From the NCBI GenBank assembly GCA_963790965.1, contig CAWBQO010000006.1:1139282-1203281 (forward strand): DNA of 64,000 bases, read 5' to 3'. Source of the DNA: an uncultured Bacteroidota bacterium. GTDB lineage: Bacteria; Bacteroidota; Rhodothermia; Rhodothermales; DASSAV01. Of this stretch, positions 39,332 to 47,576 are shown one piece after another; within the stretch, counting starts at the first letter, position 1, and every line of letters begins with the position of its first letter. The position numbers were made by a program, and so were the translations under genes. The notes beneath the pieces were generated by a model. That model was not told where the DNA came from, searched no databases, and saw nothing but the letters and a program-made list of their open reading frames with translations.

Positions 39332-41263
39332 ATGTTCAAACGATTTACTTTCAGGATTAAGCTCTTCATCGCTGCAGGAGCCGTTTTCGCCGCCGGGTGC
39401 GCCCCGCGACCTGCGGTGGAAGCGCCTTCCGTCCCGCCGGTGGCCGAAGAGAAGGCACCGCCTGCCGCCTTCGGATCGATCTCGCCTGCCGATGCCGTGC
39501 CGGATTGGGCCAAAGACGCCGTCTTCTATCAGATCTTCCCCGAACGCTTTCGCAATGGCGACCCGTCCAATGATCCGACGGCCGAATCGCTCGAACTCGG
39601 CGTCCAGGTGCCGCCGTCGTGGCGCATTTCCCCCTGGACGGGCGACTGGTATGCGCAGGAAGATTGGGAAAAGGAGATGGGCGACTTCTACGAAGGTGGC
39701 GGCGTCTTCAACCGGCGCTACGGCGGCGATCTGCAGGGCGTCGTAGAGGAGCTGAATTACCTGAAGGAACTTGGCATCAACGTCATTTACTTCAATCCCG
39801 TGTTCTACGCGCGGTCGATGCACAAGTATGACGGCAACACCTTCCACCACATCGATCCGTACTTCGGCCCCGATCCGGACGGCGACCTGGCGCTCATGGC
39901 CACCGAGACCAGCAGCCCCTCCACCTGGCACGTGACGGCCGCCGACAGCCTCTTCTTCTCCCTCGTCCGGCAGGCGCACGCGCGCGGCATCCGCGTCATT
40001 ATCGACGGCGTGTTCAACCATACCGGGCGCAACTTCTTCGCTTTCGAGAACCTTCGCCGCGAGCAAGAGCGGTCGCCTTATAAGGACTGGTACATCGTTC
40101 AGTCGTACGACGACCCCGCCACGCCGGAGAACGAGTTCAGGTACAACGGCTGGTGGGGATATGACACGCTGCCCGAGCTCGCCGAGACGGACAACGACCT
40201 CCATCCCGGGCCGAAGGCGTACATCTTCGACGCGACCGCCCGTTGGATGGACCCCAACGGCGACGGCGACCTCTCTGACGGGATCGACGGCTGGCGGCTC
40301 GATGTGGCGAACGAAGTCCCGCTCGGCTTCTGGAACAACTGGAACCGGCACATCCGCTCCATCAACCCGGAGGCGTATACGGTGACGGAGATCTGGGAAA
40401 ACGCGGCCGACTTCCTGCAGCGCGGCGGCTTCTCCGCGACCATGAACTATCACGGCTTCGCCTTTCCGGTCAAAGGATTCCTCGTCGACGGCGCGCTCGA
40501 ACCTGCCGCCTTCGCCGAGCAGATCGAAGAGCGGCGCGAGGAGTACCCCGTGGTGCGGCAGTATGCGCAGCAGAATTTGATGGATTCGCACGACACCGAC
40601 CGGCTCGCCTCCATGATCGTAAACGCCGGGCGGCAGCCCTACGAGAACGCGGACCGGTTTGACTACGACGTTACCAGCCGCGTCTCTCCTCGCAACTCTC
40701 CGCTCGTGGAGGTGCGCGCGCCGAACGCCCGCGAGCGCGCAGTCCAGAAGATGGTCGCGCTGTTTCAGATGGCCTACGTCGGTCCCCCGATGATCTACTA
40801 CGGCACCGAGGCCGGCATGTGGGGCAACGATGACCCCGACGACCGGATGCCGATGGTCTGGCCCGACCTTCAGTACGCCGATCAGGCATCCGACCCCATG
40901 GGCCGCCCGCGCGTGCCGGACCCAGTGGCCTTTGACCGCGGCCTGTTCAATTACTATAAGGACGTCATTGCGCTCCGGCACGCGCGTCCCGAACTGCGCC
41001 GGGGAAGTTACGAGACCCTCGCGGCCGACAATGAGCGGGACATCCTTGCCGTTGCCCGGACGCTCGGCTCCGAGGTGACGATCGTCGTGCTGAACCGGAG
41101 CGAAGAGGCGCACAGCATCCGCATTCCGCTTCCGGAGAGTCTGCGTAAGACCTACAGGATCAGCATGACGACGAACGGAACGTCCTACCGGCTGCAGCAG
41201 GACGCCGAGGCGCTGCTGCTGGAGATCCCCGGCCTGACGGGCCTCGTCTTGCAGCCGGAGTAA
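39332..41263 (+). CDS. GH13 alpha-amylase / neopullulanase-like lipoprotein
   Basis: Lipobox ..FAAGC. DAVFYQIFPERFRNGD, GDLQGV...LGINVIYFNPVF, IRVIIDGVFNHTG, DGWRLDVANEV, TEIW and MDSHDTDR. Confidence 0.85.
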   Translation: MFKRFTFRIKLFIAAGAVFAAGCAPRPAVEAPSVPPVAEEKAPPAAFGSISPADAVPDWAKDAVFYQIFPERFRNGDPSNDPTAESLELGVQVPPSWRISPWTGDWYAQEDWEKEMGDFYEGGGVFNRRYGGDLQGVVEELNYLKELGINVIYFNPVFYARSMHKYDGNTFHHIDPYFGPDPDGDLALMATETSSPSTWHVTAADSLFFSLVRQAHARGIRVIIDGVFNHTGRNFFAFENLRREQERSPYKDWYIVQSYDDPATPENEFRYNGWWGYDTLPELAETDNDLHPGPKAYIFDATARWMDPNGDGDLSDGIDGWRLDVANEVPLGFWNNWNRHIRSINPEAYTVTEIWENAADFLQRGGFSATMNYHGFAFPVKGFLVDGALEPAAFAEQIEERREEYPVVRQYAQQNLMDSHDTDRLASMIVNAGRQPYENADRFDYDVTSRVSPRNSPLVEVRAPNARERAVQKMVALFQMAYVGPPMIYYGTEAGMWGNDDPDDRMPMVWPDLQYADQASDPMGRPRVPDPVAFDRGLFNYYKDVIALRHARPELRRGSYETLAADNERDILAVARTLGSEVTIVVLNRSEEAHSIRIPLPESLRKTYRISMTTNGTSYRLQQDAEALLLEIPGLTGLVLQPE

Positions 41264-41272
41264 CGCCGCACG

Positions 41273-43270
41273 ATGCCGACTACCGCTCGTCCGCCCCAGA
41301 TCGCCGCCGAGCGAGAGGCCCCGCCCCTCTCGCCAGCGAAGCGTGCGCTCTTTACGGGCTTGATGCTGGCGGTTCCGGTCGTCTTCTTCCTGCTTCTGGA
41401 AGGCGGGTTGAGGCTCGCGGGCTATGGAGATGCTTACCCGCTTTTCGTGTTGGTCGCTACGAAAGCGGATTATGTTTACCAGAACCGCGATGTGGCGCGG
41501 AGGTATTTCGTAAACATCGCCGACGTGCCGGAAAGTCAACGGGACTATTTTCGCGCCGAGAAAGCGCCCAACGCGCTGCGCGTCTTCGTGCAGGGCGGCT
41601 CGACGGCTGCCGGCTTTCCGTACTACTACGGCGGCTCGTTTTCGCGGATGCTCGAACGGCGGCTCCAGCGCACCTTCCCCGAGCGGGAAGTGGAGGTGGT
41701 GAACACCGCCATGTCCGCCGTCAACTCGTACACCTTGCTCGATCTCGCGGACGAAATCATCGAGCAGCAGCCCGATGCCGTGCTCATCTACGCAGGACAT
41801 AACGAGTACTACGGCGCGCTCGGCGTCGGTTCGTCGCAGAAGGTGGCGGCTTTTCCGTGGCTCAACCGGGCTTATCTCGGCCTGATGAAGCTTCGCACCG
41901 GGCAGCTTCTTCGGGCGATTGTAGCCCGTAGCGCGGCCCTTCTGAGCGGCCGAGAAAAGGGACGGGCACCCTCTGGCACGCTCATGCAGCGCATGGTCGG
42001 CGAGCAGTCGATTCCTTACGGCTCGGGTGCCTACCGGCTCGGGCTTCGCCAGTTCGAGAGCAACATGGACCGGCTGCTGGCGAAGTACGCCGCCCACGGC
42101 ATCCCGGTTTACATCGCAACGCTGGCCGCCAACGAGCGCGATCACCCGCCGTTCGCCTCCGGACTCTCCGGCGGTGTGGACGAGCAAGCGTGGCGGCGGG
42201 GCATCCAGGAGGCCGAACGAGCGGCGGCGGCGGGCCGTCTCGACGAGGCGCTGTGGGGAGCGGATGAGGTTATCGCGCTGGATTCGGCCGCATCGACGGG
42301 ATACTTCGTCAAAGGGCGCATCCTTGAGAAGGCCGGACGAGTGGAGGATGCGCGCACGGCATACCTCCAGGCGAAAGATCGCGACGCGCTGCGTTTTCGG
42401 GCACCGGAAGCAGTGAACGCCGTCATTCGCCGTCTCGCACAAAGGCACGGCGCGACGCTGGTGGACGCTCAGGAGCGGCTGCGCGCATCGTCGCCGGACG
42501 GCATCATAGGATCGGCCGTCATGGTGGAGCACCTGCACCCGAATGTCAACGGCTACGCGGTCCTCTCGGACGCCTTCTACGAGGCGCTGCGCGACCGGCA
42601 CGCATTCGGCGACTGGTCGGGCTACGTCACCGCCGAAGAGGCGCGAGCCGGTGGGCTGATGACCGCCGTGGACTCCCTCGCCGGCACTTTCCGTGTGCGG
42701 TCGCTCATGGGCAGCTGGCCCTTCAAGGCACCGGGCGTTGTGGACCATACGCTTGACACGTTGCGCTCGTCCGACCCTCTGGAGACCATTGCGCTGCGGC
42801 TCTACCGCAACGATCTTTCCTGGTTCGAAGCAACGGAGGAATTGCGCCGGCTCTACGAGCAACAAGGCCGGTATGATCTCGCGCTCCAGGCGGCCCTCGC
42901 CGAGGTCGAGGAGTACCCGTTCGAGCCGCTACCGAACCTCAGTGCCGGGAACGTCCTCATGCTTATGAAGCAATACGACAAGGCGCTGCCGTACTTCGAG
43001 ACATCGAACAAGCTCAAAGAATCGCCGCCGGCGTTGACTATGATCGGCAGTATTCTGCTCAGCCGGGGCGATCAGCAGGGGGCCATACCTTTCCTCGAAC
43101 GTGCGGTAGAGATGGACCCGCAGGGAAGGCAGGCGCTGTACAACCTGGCGGGGGCCTACGCGCTCAGCGGCAACCGAACGCGCGCGCGCGAAGTGGCCGA
43201 GCGGCTCGTGCAGGTCGCGCCAAACGACGAAGCAGGTCGGCAGCTCCTCTTAAGCCTCGGCGGGCGCTGA
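41273..43270 (+). CDS. SGNH-hydrolase-like protein with C-terminal TPR repeats
   Basis: 665 aa with an N-terminal TM. VFVQGGSTAAGFPY and LIYAGHNEYYG resemble SGNH blocks. C-terminal TPR-like helices. Confidence 0.5.
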   Translation: MPTTARPPQIAAEREAPPLSPAKRALFTGLMLAVPVVFFLLLEGGLRLAGYGDAYPLFVLVATKADYVYQNRDVARRYFVNIADVPESQRDYFRAEKAPNALRVFVQGGSTAAGFPYYYGGSFSRMLERRLQRTFPEREVEVVNTAMSAVNSYTLLDLADEIIEQQPDAVLIYAGHNEYYGALGVGSSQKVAAFPWLNRAYLGLMKLRTGQLLRAIVARSAALLSGREKGRAPSGTLMQRMVGEQSIPYGSGAYRLGLRQFESNMDRLLAKYAAHGIPVYIATLAANERDHPPFASGLSGGVDEQAWRRGIQEAERAAAAGRLDEALWGADEVIALDSAASTGYFVKGRILEKAGRVEDARTAYLQAKDRDALRFRAPEAVNAVIRRLAQRHGATLVDAQERLRASSPDGIIGSAVMVEHLHPNVNGYAVLSDAFYEALRDRHAFGDWSGYVTAEEARAGGLMTAVDSLAGTFRVRSLMGSWPFKAPGVVDHTLDTLRSSDPLETIALRLYRNDLSWFEATEELRRLYEQQGRYDLALQAALAEVEEYPFEPLPNLSAGNVLMLMKQYDKALPYFETSNKLKESPPALTMIGSILLSRGDQQGAIPFLERAVEMDPQGRQALYNLAGAYALSGNRTRAREVAERLVQVAPNDEAGRQLLLSLGGR

Positions 43271-43299
43271 ACCCCTCCGGCTATTACAGGATCGAAAAC

Positions 43300-43458
43300 A
43301 TGAGTAAAATCAGGATCATCGGAGAGTTCTGGCGCTTCTTGCGGGTGCGTAAGAAGTACTGGCTCGTACCGATTGTAGCGGTACTGCTTGTGCTCAGCCT
43401 CCTCATCGTGCTCACGCAAGGCTCTGCGCTGGCCCCGTTCATCTACGCCCTTTTTTAG
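43300..43458 (+). CDS. Small membrane protein (DUF5989-like)
   Basis: 52-aa ORF not in the supplied track: MSKIRIIGEFWRFLRVRKKYWLVPIVAVLLVLSLLIVLTQGSALAPFIYALF. The basic N-terminus plus one TM matches my recollection of DUF5989 proteins found next to SxtJ-like genes. Confidence 0.5.
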   Translation: MSKIRIIGEFWRFLRVRKKYWLVPIVAVLLVLSLLIVLTQGSALAPFIYALF

Positions 43459-43471
43459 AGGCGCATTGCTC

Positions 43472-43918
43472 ATGCTCACACCGGCGAAGTGGTTGCGGGA
43501 AGAAGTGGCGGGTCTTGACACGTCGCGAAAGGCGCTGCGCGCTTTCGGGTGGGTCGTGGGCGGCGTCCTTCTCGTGATAGCTGCGTTCGTGTTCTACCAG
43601 AACGACGGGGAGGCTACTGCGGCAGTGATTGCGCTTGCCGCCGGAGCGGCGATCCTGCTCGCAGGCGGCGCTTTTAGGCCGGCAGCGCTGCGGCCGTTAT
43701 ACATTGTTTGGATGACGCTCGCGCTGGCTCTCGGCTTCGTTATGACGCGCGTGCTGCTCACGATCACCTTCGTCGTCATGATCACGCCCATTGGTCTGCT
43801 CATGCGCGCCTTTGGCAAGGACCCCATGCAGCGCAAGATCGACCCGGCCCTGCCGACTTACTGGATCCCGAAAGAGCCTTCCGGCGACGACCGCGAACGC
43901 CTGACAAGATATTTCTGA
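43472..43918 (+). CDS. SxtJ-like membrane protein
   Basis: ATG 43472 within the ORF open from 43388. Three TM segments, with a C-terminal ...GKDPMQRKIDP..TYW tail as in the SxtJ family. Confidence 0.5.
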   Translation: MLTPAKWLREEVAGLDTSRKALRAFGWVVGGVLLVIAAFVFYQNDGEATAAVIALAAGAAILLAGGAFRPAALRPLYIVWMTLALALGFVMTRVLLTITFVVMITPIGLLMRAFGKDPMQRKIDPALPTYWIPKEPSGDDRERLTRYF

Positions 43919-43932
43919 TCGCTCCGTTCAAC

Positions 43933-45159
43933 ATGATGCAAAGACTGTATGTCCTCGCGCTTGCGCTTCTTTTTCTCTCCGGCTGCGGCGGGAAAGATGA
44001 GCGCGTTCACATCAACATCTGGCACCAGAAGGACGTTGCCGAGCGCGCCTTCTTCAACCAGGTGGTCGACGAGTACAACCAGGCGCATCCCGACCGCGTC
44101 GTGGATGTACTCTACCGCGAGACGGAGGAGCTGCGCAACCTCTTTGTCGTGGCCTCGGTGGGAGGGCAGGGGCCAGAGATCGTTTACGGGCCGTCGGACA
44201 ACGTCTCCATCTTCGCCCTCACGGAATCCATCATGCCTATAGACCGGGTGCTGGATGAGGACTACTTGCTCGGTTTCTCAGACCAGGGCGTCATCCGGTG
44301 GAAAGGCGAACCGTGGATGGTGGCGGATCAGGTGGGCAACCACCTTGCGTTCGTCTACAATCAGGACCTGCTGCCGCGCGCCCCGGAAACGACCGATGAA
44401 ATGATCGAAATGATGCAGGGGGTCACGGCCGACACCAACAACGACGGGCGGCCGGACCAGTACGGTCTCACCTGGAATTACACCGAACCTTTCTTCTTCA
44501 TTCCCTTCCTGACAGGCTTTGGCGGCTGGATCATGGACGAGGAAGGCAATCCGACGCTGAACACGCCTGAAACCGTCAAGGCGATCCAGTTCGTCCTCGA
44601 TCTGCGGGACAAGTACCGCATCATTCCCGGTGAGAGCGATTACAACGTGGCCGAGACGCTCTTCAAGGAAGGTCGCGCGGCGGCGATCATCAACGGTCCC
44701 TGGGCGTGGTCCGGCTACGGAGAGGCGGGAGTCAACTACAACGTCGCACGGCTGCCGCGTGTATCGGAGACCGGCCTCTGGATCGCGCCGCTGGTCTCGT
44801 CGAAGGGGTACTCGGTAAACATCAACGTTGATGAAGAAAAGTTGCCGTATGTTCGGGATGTGCTCGAGTACCTGACCAATGCCGATATGCAGACGCGGAT
44901 GGCGGCCACCCTTTCGACGATCCCGGTGATCGAAAGCGTGCGTAACTCCGCCGCCGTGCAGAACAACCCGATCCTGCAGGCTTCCATCCGGCAGGCGCTG
45001 GTGGGCCGCCCGATGCCGGTGATGCCGGAGATGAGGCAGATCTGGGACGGAATGCGCGGCCCGTACCAACTCGTCATGAACGGTGCCATCTCGGCGGAAG
45101 AAGGGGCCGCGCAGATGCAACGAGAAGTTGAAAAGCGCATCGCCGACACGTTCCTCTAA
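43933..45159 (+). CDS. Maltose/maltodextrin-type ABC transporter substrate-binding lipoprotein
   Basis: ATG 43933. Lipobox LFLSGCGG. Family-1 extracellular solute-binding fold. Sits upstream of malF/malG-like permeases. Confidence 0.85.
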   Translation: MMQRLYVLALALLFLSGCGGKDERVHINIWHQKDVAERAFFNQVVDEYNQAHPDRVVDVLYRETEELRNLFVVASVGGQGPEIVYGPSDNVSIFALTESIMPIDRVLDEDYLLGFSDQGVIRWKGEPWMVADQVGNHLAFVYNQDLLPRAPETTDEMIEMMQGVTADTNNDGRPDQYGLTWNYTEPFFFIPFLTGFGGWIMDEEGNPTLNTPETVKAIQFVLDLRDKYRIIPGESDYNVAETLFKEGRAAAIINGPWAWSGYGEAGVNYNVARLPRVSETGLWIAPLVSSKGYSVNINVDEEKLPYVRDVLEYLTNADMQTRMAATLSTIPVIESVRNSAAVQNNPILQASIRQALVGRPMPVMPEMRQIWDGMRGPYQLVMNGAISAEEGAAQMQREVEKRIADTFL

Positions 45160-45368
45160 GCCGCCATCTCATTCAAGAATATGCTTGATCCGTCAGAAGA
45201 AGTTGCAGGGCTGCAGAGCAAGCGGCGCTCGCAGGAAACCGGGGCCGTCCGTTCGCCGGATGCGCAGATCGCCACGCGCTCCGGCAGGTTCGCCATGCGA
45301 GACGAGACGCGCAACCGCCTGTTCATGCTCGGTCTGCTCGGGCCGACCGTAGCGATCGTGCTGGCCGT

Positions 45369-46184
45369 ATGGCCTACCCGTTCGTCTACAACGTCGTGCT
45401 CTCCCTCTCGAATATGAACATCTATCATATACGAGACTGGGAGATCATCGGGTTTGCGCAGTATATCGCCGTCTTTGCCGAACCGCGTTTCTGGGAGGTG
45501 TTCTTGAAGACCATCATCTGGACGGTGACGAACGTCTTCTTCCACGTCACCATCGGCGTGTTTCTGGCGGTGCTGCTGCATCAGAAGTTCGTAGCGGGAA
45601 AGCCGGCCTGGCGCGTGCTGCTCATCCTGCCGTGGGCGCTGCCGCAGTACATCACGGCGCTCACATGGCGGGGCGAGTTCAACTACGAGTACGGCGCGAT
45701 CAACATTTTCCTGACGAAGTACCTCCACCTTGCGCCCGTGCAGTGGCTTACCTCGCCATTTGAAGCGTTCGTGGCCGTTATCCTGACGAACATCTGGCTC
45801 GGTTTCCCCTTCATGATGGTCGTCGCGCTGGGGGGGCTTCAGTCCGTGCCGGGCGAGCTGTACGAGGCGGCCGACGTGGACGGCGCGTCGGCGTGGCGCA
45901 AGTTTTGGAGCGTCACGGCCCCGCTTCTGCGCCCGGTGATGATACCGGCGATCACGCTCGGCATCGTGTGGACGTTCAACAACATCAACGTCGTCTGGCT
46001 ACTCTCGAACGGAGGCGAGCCGAACGATCAAACGCACATTCTTGTCTCGTTCGTTTATGAGGCGGCGTTCTCTATGTACCGGTTCGGCTGGGCGGCCGCG
46101 CTCTCGATGATCATCTTTCTGGTGCTCTTCACGTTCACGCAGGTCCTTCTCAAGCGCACCAACGCCACGGAACCGGCGTATTAA
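45369..46184 (+). CDS. Sugar ABC transporter permease (MalF-like); N-terminal TM1 lies in another frame (45295-45372)
   Basis: EAA loop EAADVDGASAWRKFWSVTAPLLRPV. The upstream ORF 45181-45417 encodes ...RNRLFMLGLLGPTVAIVLAV, the expected first TM, in a different frame. Confidence 0.75.
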   Translation: MAYPFVYNVVLSLSNMNIYHIRDWEIIGFAQYIAVFAEPRFWEVFLKTIIWTVTNVFFHVTIGVFLAVLLHQKFVAGKPAWRVLLILPWALPQYITALTWRGEFNYEYGAINIFLTKYLHLAPVQWLTSPFEAFVAVILTNIWLGFPFMMVVALGGLQSVPGELYEAADVDGASAWRKFWSVTAPLLRPVMIPAITLGIVWTFNNINVVWLLSNGGEPNDQTHILVSFVYEAAFSMYRFGWAAALSMIIFLVLFTFTQVLLKRTNATEPAY

Positions 46185-46220
46185 GAGGGACGGATGAGGA
46201 GTGGATGTTTACGAGAGTTT

Positions 46221-46700
46221 GATTTTTTATGGATAGAATACGTCATGGATCTATGGGGCAATTTACATGGCTCGGATGCTGCATAACACCCCCTTGAATC
46301 CCCCTCCAGGGGGAGGTTAAGTTGGTTTTGTGGTCCGCGATCTAAGCTATATAGAACGTTCCTTCTTACTTTTAACAGTCTCTCAGCAGTCGGAAAGGGT
46401 AGATCCTTCACTGCGTTCAGGATGACAAGCAGGGATGTTGGAGGAGGCGAGAAATGAAAGAGGACAAGAGAGGCAGAACATCCCGCCGTGTCATGCTGAG
46501 CGAAGCGAAGCATCTCAGCCGAGCTTAAAGTCGCCGTTAATATGATAGTTATGGATTACATCAAAGACTCAGGGGCGGTGCATAAGGCTCTGAGGCTGCG
46601 GAACACCCTCTTAAATCGTCCTCTTGGGCCAGGTTGCGTTGGTGCTTTGATCCGCCGTTACGGCTATATACAACGCCCTTCCTCGTTGTGACCGGCATCT
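46221..46700. repeat. Composite repeat element between malF-like and malG-like genes
   Basis: Two roughly 150-nt direct 'tail' repeats (46221-46375 and 46531-46692, about 65-70% identical by eye). They flank inverted arms GATCCTTCACTGCGTTCAGGATGAC (46402-46426) and GTCATGCTGAGCGAAGCGAAGCATC (46490-46514). Confidence 0.7.
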
Positions 46701-46716
46701 AGCTTACGTTAATAAT

Positions 46717-47571
46717 ATGGCTTCGAGCAAAAAGACTTTCGACGCGAAGCGTCTCGGCGGTATGGTGGGCACCTACGCAGTGCTTGCTCTCTTCGCCTTC
46801 ATTGCCGTTTACCCGATCACCCGCATCCTGACGATCTCGCTGCGGCCCGGCAACCGGCTGCTTTCGACTTCGCTGCAGTTCATCCCGGAGGGGGCGACGC
46901 TGCAGAATTACATCGTGCTCTTTACGGAGACGCCGTTCCTGCGCTGGCTCTTCAACTCGCTCCTCGTTTCCTTTGTGGTGACGATCACGGGTGTCGCCCT
47001 CGCGTCTACGGCCGGCTATGCGCTCTCCCGTTTCAAGTTCAGAGGACGCGGATCAATGCTGAGCGGGCTGCTCGTCACGCAGATGTTTCCTGCCACGATG
47101 CTGCTCCTGCCGCTCTATGTGGTGCTGATCAACCTTCAACTGCTCAACTCATACATCGGCATCGTCGTGATCTATACGGCCACGGCGCTCCCGTTCTGCG
47201 TCTGGCAGATGAAAGGCTACTACGACACCATTCCGGCCACGCTCGAAGAGGCCGCCCGCATCGACGGCTGCTCGCCCTGGCAGGCATTCTACCTCGTCAT
47301 CTTTCCGCTTGCCGCGCCTGCGCTCGTGATCACGGCGCTGTTCTCGTTCATGACCGCGTGGAATGAATACGTTGTGGCCAATGTCGTGCTGCAAGAAGTG
47401 GATATGTTTACGCTCCCGCTCGGACTGAAGATGTTCCAGGGCAGCATGGTCACGCAGTGGGGCCTCTACGCCGCCGGTGCCCTCGTCGTATCCATTCCGG
47501 TCGTGGCGCTCTTCCTGATCCTGAGTCGGTATCTGATCTCCGGCCTGACGCTCGGCGCGGTCAAGGGCTGA
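46717..47571 (+). CDS. Sugar ABC transporter permease (MalG-like)
   Basis: 284 aa with 6 TM. EAA loop EEAARIDGCSPWQAFYLVIFPLAAPAL. Confidence 0.85.
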   Translation: MASSKKTFDAKRLGGMVGTYAVLALFAFIAVYPITRILTISLRPGNRLLSTSLQFIPEGATLQNYIVLFTETPFLRWLFNSLLVSFVVTITGVALASTAGYALSRFKFRGRGSMLSGLLVTQMFPATMLLLPLYVVLINLQLLNSYIGIVVIYTATALPFCVWQMKGYYDTIPATLEEAARIDGCSPWQAFYLVIFPLAAPALVITALFSFMTAWNEYVVANVVLQEVDMFTLPLGLKMFQGSMVTQWGLYAAGALVVSIPVVALFLILSRYLISGLTLGAVKG

Positions 47572-47576
47572 CCCGC

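Noticed and set aside
39311-42865. 1184-aa minus-strand ORF, plus similar long antisense ORFs (120-1064, 2172-3689, 23249-24271, 37165-38706, 29042-30277 and 20234-21193 +)
   Set aside because: Each lies antisense or out of frame to a gene with clear family motifs. They are Arg/Gly/Ala/Pro/Val-rich with no recognisable motifs. Such stop-free shadow frames are expected in GC-rich DNA.
46181-46513. 110-aa ORF (MLRFAQHD...) and the 236-aa ORF at 52490-53200 (..HPERSEGS..MLRFAQHD..) as genes
   Set aside because: The shared peptides are simply translations of the 25-nt repeat arms. The rest has no coding character, and 52490-53200 overlaps the fmt 3' end antisense.
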